This document shows, piece by piece, positions 1-13,774 of a stretch of 64,000 nt of DNA. The stretch's first letter is position 1. Each line of letters starts with the position of its first letter. Both the position numbers and the translations under genes were made by a program. This stretch comes from Octopus vulgaris. Its lineage: Eukaryota. The notes under the pieces were generated by a model that saw only the letters and a list, made by a program, of their open reading frames with translations, ran no database searches and was not told where the DNA came from. The stretch is taken from NCBI GenBank assembly GCA_951406725.2, contig OX597815.1:160270001-160334000 (forward strand). The letters are read 5' to 3'.

Positions 1-171
1 TGATTGTGAGTGCAACACCACAATCATTGAGCCATGTGCTTTCACACACACACATACAAACACACACACACATGCACACATTTATATATATTAATATTTA
101 TACTGTACGGTATTATAGCTTAATTTCAGCCAATTATACCAATCAGCTGAAGTGGATCTAGAATACAGTAT

Positions 172-460
172 GTCATCATCATCATTTAATGTCCGTTTTC
201 CATGCTAGCATGGGTTGGACGGTTTTGACTGAGGGCTGGCAACCAGATGGCTGCACCAGGCTCCAGTCTTGATCTGGTAGAGTTTCTACAGCTGGATGCC
301 CTTCATAACGCCAACCACTCTGAGAGTGTAGTGGGTGCTTTTTAGGTGCCACCTGCACGGGGGCCAGTAAGGCGGTACGGGCAATGACCTCGCTCGAATC
401 TTTTTACACATGCCACCGATACAGGTGCCAGTGAAGTGACGTTGGTAACGATCACGCTCG
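172..460 (-). mobile_element. RTE-like LINE 3' tail / LINE-derived short repeat
   Basis: (CAT)n tract followed by TTTAATGTCCGTTTTCCATGCTAGCATGGGTTGGACGG...CAGCTGGATGCCCTTC. The same sequence forms the 3' end of the RT-coding LINE at 34016-35296. Confidence 0.75.
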
Positions 461-1545
461 TATGTATTGTATAATATTAAATTAGTGACAAATATAAGTG
501 CCTGTTTTCTCTCAGGGATTTTTAGACAACATATGGATGGTTGGAGATGGATGCATAGACAGATAAATAGATGATAGACAGATAGTATTTTTTGGACTCA
601 CAGAATTGAAATAAACAATAAACACAGTCTTGAAGTCTCTTTTTGCACCATAGGAGTCTGAAAATAATTTACTTCCTAGATGTGATAGTATTAAAAGTAA
701 AAACAAAAAATTCACATATGGATTACATAAAAGAGAACTATCAATACATTACAGCTTGTCATATATCATGTCATGTATGTGTAACCAAATCAAAAAAGAT
801 AACTATATATTTGGTACAGTTATAATGCTGGGTATCATTACTTCTATTCGAATATAATTTAATAATAAAACTAGAAATAATTAGAAAATAAATGAGAAAA
901 CTTGGCATGATGCAAAAAAATCTTTATTTGATCACCATGTTTTCCGTAAAACCGTTTAAGAATATTGTTATACTTGAGGGTAGACAGTTTTTTTTTTTTT
1001 TTGCCAATTAAACACATGCACTATTTATTTGATCTTCACTTTAGTTTTTACTTGCATTATTTTTAGTTTATATGTCTGTCAAATTTCGTTTGTCACACAA
1101 TCTGTAACTTCATCAGTCACTCTCTGTCTCAAGTATCTCCTTTTGTCCTGCTTATTCCATTTTGCTCTTCTGTGGTATGTACTTCTTTCTGCACATGCAT
1201 TTACATCTGTATGGCCATGTGCATGTGTGTTTAGTATATGTGTGCTGTGTGTGTATAAGAAAATACATAAATATAACAAAGTTTAAGAATATCTAGTTGC
1301 TAAATCTAATACAAGCACAGATTAATATGAAAAAGGACAATTCTTTTCCTACTCTGTTCTATAGTTAACACACACAGATATATATATCTATACACACACA
1401 CAATTTTATGTAGTCGTTCATCAGTTATTTCCAGTCAGAAACTTACTATTGGCTTCATGTCTGCTGGTTGTAGGTACATAACCTCTTAGAGCATGCTTTG
1501 TTTTGACTTAGGACAACTGACTGCACCTTTCTATCTGTCTGTCTG

Positions 1546-1599
<54 letters not shown>

Positions 1600-1675
1600 C
1601 GCATGTGTGTGCATCATATATGTGTGTATATATATGTGTGTGTGTGTGTGTGCATGCATGCGTGTGCATCATATA

Positions 1676-1711
<36 letters not shown>

Positions 1712-1903
1712 CGGTGGCACGTAAAAAGCACCCACTACACTCACGGAGTGGTTGGCGTTAGGAAGGGCATCCAGCTGTAGAAACATTGCCAGATAAGACT
1801 GGAGCCTGGTGCAGCCTTCTGGCTTCCCAGATCCCCGGTCAAACTGTCCAACCCATGCTAGCATGGAGAACGGACGTTAAACGATGATGATGATGATGAT
1901 GAT
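1712..1903 (+). mobile_element. RTE-like LINE 3' tail ending in (GAT)n, inserted in (TA)n
   Basis: GTGGCACGTAAAAAGCACCCACTACAC...CCAACCCATGCTAGCATGGAGAACGGACGTTAAACGATGATGATG matches the reverse complement of 34016-34200. Confidence 0.8.
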
Positions 1904-3489
1904 ATATATATGTATAAATAGATATGTGTATGTATATACATATATTTGTATATATAAATAGATGTGTGCATGTCTGTGTGTATATATATATATATATATA
2001 AATCATATAAATATGTATGTTTTTATATATATATATGTGTGTGCGTGTGTGTGTGTATGTATATACATCATCATCACCATCATTTAACACCCGTTTTCCA
2101 TGCTGGCATTGGTTGGATGGTTTGGCTGAGAACTGGTATGGTTGTTGATGCAGGCATTACTGTAGGTGCAGGTGTGACTGTGGTAAGAGATTTAATTCCC
2201 AACAACGTGACTCTGAGTTCAGTTCCACCATGTGTCACCTTAGGCAAGAGTTTTCTTTTATAGCCCTATTGAGTGGACTCAGAAGATGGAAACTGAAATA
2301 AGCCTAGCATGCACACACACACACACGTGTGTGTGGTGTGTATATTTGTGTGTGTGAATGTGTGTATGTTTGCATCTTACTGTCTTGAAATTGTGTGAGA
2401 GTTGTATAATATTATTGTCACTGTTATGCAAGTTCTGTCATTCATTTCCTAAATTCTGCAAGAGAATTTCTGGTGAGGGGCAAATATAACCTCGCTTGAA
2501 ACAGGTAAGGGTTGGCAACAGGAAGAGCATCCTGTTGTATAAAATAAAATCTGCAACAATAAACTCTGTCTGCAAGCAGAAAAACGTGGATGTTAAATTA
2601 TGATGTTGATGGTTATATATGTATGTATGTATATGAATATATATCAGGTATACAGTTTATATATAAAAGAATGCATAAAATAATCGATTTGGCATTGTTG
2701 CTTTTAAATCTTTTATGACGAATTTGTGCAGTAAGTATATACACTGTGTGCATAATGTGATTCTAGGAGAATATTCTTTAGCTTCATTGATAATGTTATT
2801 GCTATTATTATTATTATTATTACTAGTAGTAGTAGTAGATATTTGGCTCGATAGCTGTGCATAGTATTATATAGCTCACACAACAAGTGACCACATTTTT
2901 CATTTCCCATTAGCCAATGCACCCAAAAGCGAAACTTTCGTTTCAGTCATATCATTTTTCGGTGTATAGCCAAATCCCCCAAACAAAACCTTTTCATCTT
3001 ATTCTCAACATTTTTCAAGCTTCTGTGAACTGAATTTGCTAATGTAATTGCTACTACCATTTTATATTCTTGGAAATTGTCCATGTAGGTACATAATATT
3101 TCTTATGAATTGATGCATTAAAAATGTTGTAAGTGTAATTGTATTATACAGTGCTTTGCAAAACTATGCAACACTTATTAACCTATAAAATTGTTGCAAT
3201 GATTCAGTAATACATAGAGAAAAGCAGAGTTGTGTGTGCATACATACACATACACGCATACACACTACAGATAGACATTTATGTAATTTTACACACCTCA
3301 AGAAACTTTAGGTGTGTTGTCATAATTTTCTATCAATATTGATAGTAAGCTTCTTACATAATCTACATATCTGCACGCCCCAAAACATTCTCCTATGCAC
3401 ATACACATACATCTAATGTTCTTTTACTTATTTTATGGTTCCAGCTAGTTGCTGTAGTGATGCTGGAAGACTTAAATAAATATATAAAT

Positions 3490-3540
<51 letters not shown>

Positions 3541-4332
3541 ATATTAATGATTTTATGTTATAATAAAAACGATTTTAAATTAAATTGAAGGATTGCTCAA
3601 TACATTTATTAGAGTACAACAGAATAAAATTGACAGTAACTTCAAAGTTTAGAACGGCTAAGCCATCATATATGCATAAGATATAGTCATGGCTAAGAAG
3701 TTCACTTCTAAACCATGTGGTTTCAGGTTCAGTCCTAACACATGGCGCCTCAAGGAAATATTTCTTCCATAACCCAGAGTCAACCAATGTACCTTGTGAG
3801 TGAATTTTGAAGCTAGAAAAAGCTTGTCTTTGATATATATATATATATATATATTAACTCATCTAGTGCCTCAGCACAATCTTCAGGCACTGCCCACATG
3901 AGATAATAAACTGAAAATAGGATGATAGAGTGAGAGAAAGAAAAGGAAAGAAGAAGCAGATATAAAAGGCTGAAGGTTCAAAAAACTGGAAAACAAAAAA
4001 AAAAAACTCTAACTGCCCCATCCCTTTTGTTTCTTTCTGTTTTATTTCCCTTTTGACTGTAAAATATAAGGCTAAAAAGATAGTAGCCTACAGAGGGTAG
4101 TGTTTTCCAATTTGCCAACAGGAAATCCCTGTTATGCCATGTGGACAGTGTCTGAAGATTATGTCGAGTCACCAAATGTGTTAATAAACACTGTCTGGTA
4201 TGCTTTCATCATATGAAACTAAGTGTAGCACAAAAAACATTTATTGTGTTTATTAAATAATACATATCTCACACCAGATGGAGTACTTTTTTGGTTGATC
4301 TTATCATCATGGGACAGTACATTATATATATA

Positions 4333-4379
<47 letters not shown>

Positions 4380-4421
4380 GTACACACACACGCACACACA
4401 TAAATAGATGCATAAACGTAC

Positions 4422-4454
<33 letters not shown>

Positions 4455-4724
4455 CTCCCATCATCATCATCATTTTTGTAACATTCACTTTTCTATATTT
4501 GCATGGTGAGACAAAGTTTATTGACGAACATTTTCTATGGTTGGGTGCCCATCTGTCACCGACCCTCACCTGTGAAGTAGAAATGAATGATTTTGCTCAT
4601 ATGTCAGTAACACTCATTTACAATAATTACCAAATGTCAAGACAAAAAGTCACAAGTTTACACAAGATGTACATATGTGTAGTAAATAAACTGTTGTCTA
4701 ATAAATCTGACATCTCATTTTAGA

Positions 4725-5492
4725 TATGTTTACCAAAATTAATTTCTTGAAATACTAAATAGTAAATTTCTTCAATAAAATCGACATTGGCTTCAACCAC
4801 AGCTCCCAGACGACTTCAGAATCTCTTTCAACTCTTCTGCACTGTCTCCTTATTTAAGTTGGTGAATACTGCCATAATCCTTGCCTTCAGTTCATCTTTG
4901 GTGTTACAAGGAATTTTGTTGGTCTCTCACTCAACTGTGTCCCACACGTAATCAAGGGTATTGCAGTCTGGGGAGTTAGGTGGCCAGATGTTAAGGTTGA
5001 TGTGGTCACAGAAATTGTCTGACAGCCATGACTGGCATCTCCTGCTTGTGTGACACAGTGTAGAGACCTGTTGCCAGAAATAGTGTGTTCCAGCAGCCAT
5101 CCTCTTGACCCAGGGCAGCACTATCTCCTCCAAACACTTGATGTAGGCCTCTGTGTTGAGTATGAAGCCGTGGGGGAAGATGAATGGAGGCATAATGTCA
5201 CCATCACTAGTGATCATTCCAAATACAATAATAATGACTGGAGATTTGATTTTTATCACTTTTGGTACAGGTCTTCAGATTGTACTATTCTCAGATTGAC
5301 ACCCTAACACACTGAGATGTTCGTATTGGAGCTTCTGGTGTGAATACCAAGCAGTACAGCATGTCATTTCCAAAGGGTCATGGTGCCCAACTGACCCTAC
5401 TATACTGTGTAGTCGACAAAATCAAAAACAAGCAATGCACCTGCATGATATTAAAAATATAAAATGGTGACAATTTACCCATTGCATCCTGT
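4725..5492 (-). mobile_element. Internally deleted, decayed DD37D (maT-type) Tc1/mariner transposon
   Basis: ORF 4927-5259 has VFGMITSDGDIMPPF...WQQ[V]...WPPNSPDCNTLDYVW, with 37 residues between the second catalytic position (mutated D>V) and the last D. A TIR-like end TACAGGATGCAATGGGTAAATTGTCA lies near 5490. Confidence 0.8.
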
Positions 5493-5510
5493 ATATATAT
5501 GTATGTGTGC

Positions 5511-5538
<28 letters not shown>

Positions 5539-5541
<3 letters not shown>

Positions 5542-5622
5542 ATTTACAAGATAAGGGCAGAAGAAAAATTCTAATGCCAGATGGCATTAGAATTTTTCTT
5601 CTGCCCTTATCTTGTAAATTAT
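5539..5622. repeat. Perfect hairpin, 41-bp arms, 2-nt loop, adjoining (TA)n
   Basis: ATAATTTACAAGATAAGGGCAGAAGAAAAATTCTAATGCCA-GA-TGGCATTAGAATTTTTCTTCTGCCCTTATCTTGTAAATTAT. Confidence 0.95.
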
Positions 5623-7824
5623 GTATAAATTTTACCTTTAAAGGCATATGTATGTATATGTATGTATATGTATGTATGTATATGTATGTATATGCATGTA
5701 TATATATGTATGTATAAAGCAGGTTTCTTTCAGTGTATGTGTGAAGAGAGAGAGAGAGAGGCAGGCAGGGCTGTCAGGTTAAGAAGTTGATTTCACAAGC
5801 AAGTGGTTTCAGGTTCAGTTCCACTGTGTGGCAGTTTAAGCAAGTGTCTTCTACTAAAGCCTTGCTCTGATTAAGCCTTTTGAGTGAATTTGGTTGGTGA
5901 AATCTGAAAGCAGGTATTTTATACATGCATATATTTGTGTGTGTGTGTGCATATGCACATAGTTATGTCTCCTTGTCACCATTGCCTGCTAATCAAAAAA
6001 TGCGCATTACTGTAGTTGCAAGTTGTGTCCTTTGTTCTCAATTTCTTTTGTGTAAATATGTCCAGCCATGGAAATATTACCTTGTTTGGAAACTAGTGAG
6101 AACTGACCACAAGAAGGTCCTCTAGCCATGATATATATTGTGAAAGCAACAATACAACCAATAAAATTAGATCACACAAATGTTGTCCAATAAGCAGTTT
6201 GAAATGCTACCAGTATTACTTTTTTTGATGAAGGCAATTAAAGAGCAGCTCATATATTTTGCTGAACATGCCATAATTCCCCTTCACAGTTAAAATATTA
6301 AACTTTGCTGTGAAGAAAATCACATAAAGTATTCACCCTTTATATGCAGTGTAACAACTACAACAATTGATGGAACTGATTCTGAAATTGTCTGTATAGC
6401 TCTCATTCAAAATTAAATATATATTGTGGTAATGATATCATATTTCTCACATTTCTCAATGTAACTGAGGAAATATTAATATTAATATTAAAGGTATTTG
6501 CAGTAAAGCTAATAAAACATTTTCTCAGCATCATCCATATGTATTTCTGAAAGACACTTATTAACAAGAGAAGACACCACGATATTATTGCAGTATCATT
6601 GATATAATGGATTTTGAATATTTATATTGTTGATTCTGTTGTTGATTCTGGTTGTAACAACAATCAGATTTTGGGTACAGCTGTAGCTTATTTTTATTGA
6701 AAAATTTTTGATATGAATGGTTGTCTGAGAGATGTTTGTGCACAAGGTAAAAGGAAGTCTGTGGCAGTATTGGAATTCCACATTTAACTGTCGAGACGAC
6801 TGAGCCAAAATTAAAATTATACATTAGTGTGAGTGTTAGCGTGTCTGTATATATGTGCATAGGTGTATATTTGTGTGAAGATTCTTATACATATTGACAG
6901 AAAATTATGACAACACATCCACAGGTTCTTGAAGTACATAAAATTACTGGCAACATGTAAATTAAACTTGCCTATAAAATTGAAACAGTGTTAGTAAAGA
7001 AAAGAAAAACAAACATGAAAAGACTTATAAAAACATTAAGCCAAAAAATAATGTTTTTTCCAAAGGAAGTTTATGGAAAATTTATTTGAATGTTCTTAAA
7101 AATGATTTAAGTTTCAAATGCGGCAAACATCAAGAACTAAAATGTAAAGATAAAACTTTGGTAATAAAAGTAGTTCCACTGAATGACCTAAGATATTTCC
7201 AATAATAGTTGTTTGATGAAATTAGCTTAAGCACCTGAGTGTGAAACAAATTCAAGTCATGTTTAGCTGTATGAGGTAGAATACATCTTAATAGCTTCAT
7301 TTGCTTCATATTAAACTTAGCTTCTCAATATTTCTAATGTGACACAGCACTGATAAATCAAGATACCCAACCTGAAATTAGGAGATTGGGTACAATCAAT
7401 TAACAGGATTTCAGCACATTCGATGTCTTTATTTTAGCAACTCCAGAAGACAAAGTGAAAGCAAAGTCAGTTTTAGTAGGAACTGATATTTAGGAAATTA
7501 TAAGTAGTGTCTTCAAATGTATACGATGCATGCTTACGTTAGATGCATCCCTATTTTACAAGTGCCGGTGCCATGTAAAAAGCACCTGTGCCAGTGCTGC
7601 ATAAAAGTAATCAGTACACACTGTAAAGTGGTTGGCATTAAGAAGGGCATCCAGCCATAGAAACCATGCTAAAACAGACATGGAGCCTGAACAGCCCTTC
7701 AGCTGATCAGCTCCTGTCAAACCAGCCAACACATGCCAGCATAGGAAATGGACATTAACTGATGATGATGATTATTTTGTGGAAAAACAAATTTAGCAAC
7801 TTACACCATATGGTCAGCAACTTT

Positions 7825-8005
7825 GAGGAGGGGTAAGTCAATTATATCGACCCCAGTACTCAACTGCTATTTATTTTACCAAGCCCAAAAGAATAATAGA
7901 CAAAAGTTGACCTCAGCAGAATTTGATCTCAGAATGTAAAGACAGATGAAATACTACGAAGCATTTTGCCCAGCGTGCTAATGGTTCTGCCAGTTCACCA
8001 CCTTA
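7825..8005 (-). mobile_element. tRNA-headed SINE, family B (diverged)
   Basis: CGACCCCAGT...GTTGACCTCAGCAGAATTTGATCTCAGAA...GGTTCTGCCAGTTCACCACC, homologous to 37880-38105. Confidence 0.65.
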
Positions 8006-9529
8006 ATTACATCATATAAAAATTGAAAGATATTCTGAAGTGGTTCCTTTGAGGAGAAATGAATTACTTTGAGCATGAAATACAGTATTGAGACAATATA
8101 TTGGAATAAAGTATGAAACCATAAATTTATTGCAAATAAACTGTTTCATGAGTACTGTATTTCAGCTTTGTCTTTCAGTTCAGCTGTACAGTTGCATATG
8201 CTTTGGTCCCAAGTACTGCCAGACAGAATGTAGCATTTGTATTTCTGGTTGTGAAGTTTTGTGATGCTGTGATCATCAAGTAAGGTGGCATGGTACCATT
8301 TTGATTTTGTTGTCATCCACTCATTGCAAATAGTTGATGGGTGGTTAAAAGTTTAACACTCCTTTCATATTCTTAGACGTTTTCATTGAGACAATTTTAA
8401 AATGTTTCTTAAAGATAAGATAGTCATTAGATATGTAAGACATATACCAAATATAGGTTATATATGCAGAAAAGGCAGGTACAATGAGATGATATGACTT
8501 CTCCACATAACTATCAATGTATTACAGGCAATTTTTTCACGAATTTGTAGTAACAGACTGCAATATTTTGGTTAGTTTTTAATTTTTTATTATTAGTAAT
8601 TTTATTATTAGTATTAATAATTTTTTATTATTAGTTATTCTATCAAGCAGACTGATGCTTATCCAGATCCCTAATCTATAATGCTTGGTCTCCCATCTGT
8701 AATAGACACAACAATATTTGAATACATTAAAAAGTGCATTTTATATACTGGCAAATATGATAAATGTTCTAACATTTTTCCTCCTTGACTAAATAGTATA
8801 TATATATTATCTTAGTTAGGGAGGAAGTATATGACTTCATTATATTTTTCCAAAGCTAATTCTCACTTTGTTGAAGTCAAGGTACAAAATACAATGATGA
8901 ACAATTTATGGAAACACGTTCAATGCATTATGGTTCAAAGTTTGAATCTTGCCAATGTTCTCTTATAGGAAAAAGTAAATGCAGAATTAAAGGAACTAAT
9001 TACAAATGAAGTCAATAATCAAATATGATCAGAAAGAGAAGTGGTACCCAAGGACATGTTTATTTAAAAATAAAAGCAGAAAAAACTTTTGCTTCTTACA
9101 GGTGTATCAGAATGTTAAGAACATATGCATTATTGTGCAGGATGGTTCAGGATATCATTTGCAATTGTTTTCTAAATGTTGCCCATTTTCAAGAAAACAC
9201 TCTTGAATATTTAATTCCTTTCCTGTAATTAAATACTTCTACTAAGAAAAGAATTTTTACATGGCTATTCAACCTACTAGAAATAAATCAAATCTCATTC
9301 AGGTCAAAATCTACCTTCTTAAATCAGGAAAGAACACGTAAGATAATGTTGGCTCACATACTCCTAAAAGACTGAATAGTCATGGTTGAAATGCCTCAAT
9401 CATAGATCTTCTCAATCTTGTGTATTATCTGAGAATAAACACTAACAACAACATAACTTTTTATGGTAAACATTTTGTATCAACAACTATTTTGGTTAGT
9501 ATTGAATACTATTTATCAAGAGAACATAT

Positions 9530-10230
9530 TTGTGTTAAAAATGCTTCAGACCACCAAATTATTCTCTGATAAATACCTGCAGATACTCAAAATGATTCTG
9601 AAACACCCTAGAAAGATCTATGAAGACCTTCTTGATCTTGACAATCAGCTTGGCCTTAGTGTTGCAAGCAAAGTGCTTGATGTCTTTCTTAAATGCACCC
9701 CAACACATAGCACTCTATGGCATTACAACCAAAAGAATTAAGAGGCCAGAAATTGAGGTTGGTTAAGTTGTAGAAATTCGTCAACAGCCATTTCTGATTC
9801 TTTCTGGAGGTATGGCAAGGACCCAAATCCTGCTGCCACACATATGACCTTGCAGCAGCATTCCTTTCCTGCCAGGGCTTAACCTATCTCCAGCAGCTTC
9901 ACATTGTCATTTAAATTGAGCCCAAAACCTGGTTCAAAATTGTGGTATGGCATGACATCACCCCCACTAGAGGTACACCCAAAGACTGTCATAGTTTGTG
10001 GGAACTTGGTTTTCATGATACATGGTACACCCCACTGATGTCTTTACTAAATTCTCACAGCATTAGGCAGCAGTCATGATATCAGCATTTTGACACCAGG
10101 CATGAATCATCAGGATACAAGTAACTCTTTCCCCCTTATTCAGTTATGTAGCTTCCAGTCACCCATGTTAGCTAACATTTTCTCAGCTATAGCTTCAATC
10201 TTTATGTCCTCTAACACCACTAACTATTTA
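9530..10230 (-). pseudogene. Second decayed DD37D/maT-like transposase fragment
   Basis: The minus strand near 9900-10030 reads VPCIMKTKFPQTMTVFGCTSSGGDVMPY, the same motif as the 4927-5259 ORF, with stops and frameshifts. Confidence 0.6.
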
Positions 10231-10324
10231 CCAATACATCAGGCTGTTCCTGAACAAAAAAGGAGGTATAAAAAATCTTCAAATTTAATGCAAGCACCAT
10301 ATATATATATGTATATATATATTA

Positions 10325-10632
10325 TTTATGCACTCTTTTCAAGCTTAGCTAGGCTCATGGGCCTGGTTTTCCGGTTTCTGTGGCGTATGTGTTCCCCCCA
10401 GCTAGACAGGATGCCAGTTCATTGAAGTGTTACTCAAGAAACAGGAAGAAAGAGTGAGAGAAAGTTGAGGCAAAAGAGTATAACAGGGGTCGCCACTACA
10501 CCCTGCCAGAGCCTCGTGGAGCTTTAGGTGTTCTTGCTCAATAAACACACACAGTGCCGGGTCTGGGAATCGAAACTGCGATCCTCCAACTGTAAGTCCG
10601 CTGCTCTAACCACTGGGCCATTGCGCTTCCAC
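10325..10632 (-). mobile_element. tRNA-derived SINE (third family)
   Basis: Minus-strand head GCGCAATGGCCCAGTGGTTAGAGCAGCGG...GTTTCGATTCCC with A-box and B-box, followed by an unrelated body. Confidence 0.7.
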
Positions 10633-10679
10633 ACACAGACACACGCACACACACACGCACACACATATATATACACACA

Positions 10680-11459
10680 CATGAGGTGTTATCAAGAAAG
10701 TTCCAGGACTAGATTTGTAGTGTGCCAACAGATGGCAGCATATGCTTGCAGGTGCAGTGAGCTAGCAGTGACCTTCATGAGGCTGTGTGCCAAGTGACAT
10801 CGCTGTGTTTACTTCGCAAGGTGTGAAATTTGTGTTTTTTTTAGCATGTGTATGCTGTAGTCTGTGATTTTGTCATAGACAGGAATAGAGAACCAACGTG
10901 AAATTTTGTGTTTAACTTGGGAAGTCTGCTACAGAGACATTGTGCATACTTCAGCAAGCTTATGACGATGAGGCATTGGATCATATACAATGTTTCAAGT
11001 GGCATGGGTGCTTCAATAGCAGAAGAACGTCCCTGAAAGACGATGAACAATCTGGAAGACATGCCATGAGTGTCACACCCAAAAATGGGGTATTGTGTGC
11101 TGAGATTTCTACTGCAACATTTTGAAATTTTTAAGGGAGGACATTTGGTGAAAGTAGCTGGATCTAAGGAGCATGAAGAATTGGATTCTTCTTGATAACA
11201 ATACACCCTTTCACTGAGCTCTCCTCACTTACTCTTTACTCTTTTACTTGTTTCAGTCATTTGACTGTGGTCATGCTGGAGCACTGCCTTTAATCAAACA
11301 AATCGACCCCAGGACTTATTCTTTGTAAGCCTAGTACTTATTCTATCAGTCTCTTTTGCCGAACTGCTAAGTTACGATGATGTAAAGTAAACACACCAGC
11401 ATCGGTTGTCAAGTGATGTTTGGGGGGACAAACACAGACACACAAACATATACGCACAC

Positions 11460-11508
<49 letters not shown>

Positions 11509-11967
11509 TATACAATGGGCTTCTTTCAGTTTCCGTCTACCAAATCCACTCACAAGGCTTTGGTTGGCCCAAGGCTATAGTAATAGACACTTGCCTAAGG
11601 TGCCATGCAGTGGGACTTGACCCGAAACACTTGTGAATTTCTTGCCAAAAACAATATGGTATCACTTCTGCACATGCCCTATTTTCCAGATTTAGCACCT
11701 GTAGACATCCATCTCTTCCCCAAGATGAAAATGTCGCTCAAAGATTGCCATTTTAACACCATTGTCAAGGTCAAGAGCAAATCACAGAAGGTCCCCGATT
11801 CACTTACAATGAATGACTTCCAGGCTGGATTCCAAAAGTGACAGGAATGCTGGGACCAGTGTATTGCTGTACAAAGTGACTATTTTGAAGGAGATGATGT
11901 TAAAACTTAGATAAGTTATTTTTTATTTAACAAAACAAGTCTGAAAACCTTTTGATACCAGCTCATA
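10680..11967 (+). mobile_element. Decayed, internally deleted mariner transposon interrupted by a SINE
   Basis: Imperfect TIRs (ATGAGGTGTTATCAAGAAAGTT / AACCTTTTGATACCAGCTCATA). N-terminal HTH region LQQAYDDEAL...QCFKWH...SLKDDEQSGR (10940-11125). C-terminal PYFPDLAPVDIHLFPKMK, i.e. the YSPDLAP motif (11630-11841), then YFEGD. Confidence 0.85.
11228..11628 (-). mobile_element. tRNA-headed SINE, family A (internal microsatellite), nested in the mariner
   Basis: TTTTACTTGTTTCAGTCATTTGACTG...CTAAGTTAC...(TA)n...TTTCAGTTTCCGTCTACCAAATCCACTCACAAGGC...CAGTGGGAC, with many copies in this window. Confidence 0.85.
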
Positions 11968-12767
11968 CACACACACACAAACACATGATCAATCCCATCG
12001 CAGTTTTAAAATTAAAATAATTTCATTTAAATGCAAAAGTTTTGGTTAAGATTTCCTTTTACTATATTATTTTTATGAATAACATCAATCACATAGATTT
12101 TCAAGATATCCTGTTGTCTGAAATATTCAAGAATGATAATGTTTTATTATAATGCTATTAATATAAGTATTTCATATGCATCCATCATTGAAAATAAACA
12201 GAGATATGATATCTGAAATGAACAGTTTTATATGTAGTAGTATATGTAGTTTTTCTTTAAGTACCTTAGCAACTCCATCTCCAAAAGTAAATTTCTAGAT
12301 TCTGAAATGAATTTGAGGAATGAGATGGTTTCAGTTACATTTGGCAGACTTGAGAAATAAGTCTGGTTAAACAACAACTAAGTACATTCTACCAAGCTTT
12401 GCATTGTCTCATTCTACCAAAAGCTATCTGAGACATGAAAACACTTAAATGATTACACCAGAAATGTTTACACACTACATTGGTTTCAAGTTTTGACACA
12501 AGGCCAATGATTTTGGTGGGGAGTAAGTAAGTCAATTAGATTGATCCCAGCGCTCAACTGGTACTTATGTTATCGACCCCAAAGGATGAAAGGCAAGGTT
12601 GACCTCCTTGGAATTTGAACTCAGAGTGTAAAGACGGATGAAATACTTCTAAACATTTTACCCAATGTTAGCTTGCTACTTGTTTTACACTATATATTAA
12701 GCATCAGTCTCGAGATATTTCAACACAGAACTGCTGAAAAGGGTAGGCTGTCCCAGTAAGGAAGCCT

Positions 12768-12966
12768 GCTGTTCAAGAATTTGGACCTGGAGATCTCCAT
12801 TTCCAGCAACTTTGAGGGTCACCTCCCAGTGGTGTTGGGCGTCAACGAAGAGCCCTCGACTACAACAAGACGACCAAAGTTTTTGGGTTTTTTATTCCAA
12901 GGTCCGGGGTCTCCCGCCCCTAAGCCCTAGACCATCACCTAATCACCCTTACCCATCTTGTTGCTT

Positions 12967-12997
<31 letters not shown>
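12768..12997 (+). mobile_element. 5'-truncated non-LTR retroposon 3' end with (AAC)n tail and 13-bp TSD
   Basis: AGTAAGGAAGCCT at 12755-12767 and 12998-13010 flanks a GC-richer insert ending in (AAC)n. Confidence 0.75.
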
Positions 12998-12998
<1 letters not shown>

Positions 12999-13702
12999 GT
13001 AAGGAAGCCTATCTTATCGAGTTTCATATGGGATTGATTAAACATGTTCTCCATCTTGATGATTTCAAGTATTTGAATTAATTAATTTACAATGAACTAG
13101 TTCTTGATCAGTATCCTCAGTACATAACAGAAAATAGATTCCATGACATCAAAACAACCAACCTTAAATCTTTAAGCATGACAGAATAGCTAACACTTCT
13201 GATTCAGGTATTGCTTTGTGGTTAAGAAACTCACTTTGAAACCATATGGTTTAAAGATTGAACCCACTGTGTGACATCTAGGACAAGTGTCTTCTACTAT
13301 AGCCCTGAGCTGACAAATGCCCTATGAGTGAATTTGGTTGATGGAAATTGTATGGAAGCTCATAATATATGTGTGTGTGTGTGTGTGAGTGTGATCTCCA
13401 CCCACTTCCTGCCAGCTGCTATTGGTTTGCTTACATCCTCATAACTTGATGGCTTGGCAAAAGAATAAGTACTAGAGTTTAAAGATGAAGTATTGGAGTT
13501 GATTTGTTTGACTAACTGACTAAACTCTCAAGATTGTATTCCAGTATGGCTACAATCCAAAGATTGAGATGAGTAGAACATAAAAGATAAAAAATAAAGA
13601 TATACGACTGCAATAAGTGATTATACTCAAAAACAAGTTAATTTTATATGGCCATCATATACCTACATACATACTATGTGTGGATGTGTGTGTGTGCGTA
13701 CA

Positions 13703-13758
<56 letters not shown>

Positions 13759-13774
13759 TATGTACACAAGTTTG

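Noticed and set aside
1075-1120. Minus-strand CUGAUGA-A-GUUACA...UGUGAC-AAACGAAA hammerhead-like string
   Set aside because: Stem II is plausible, but GAAA is misplaced and no stem I pairing is found. At best a decayed relic.
6585-6860. 91-aa and 70-aa minus-strand ORFs in unique sequence
   Set aside because: No recognisable domain and no clear splice signals. Length is compatible with chance.
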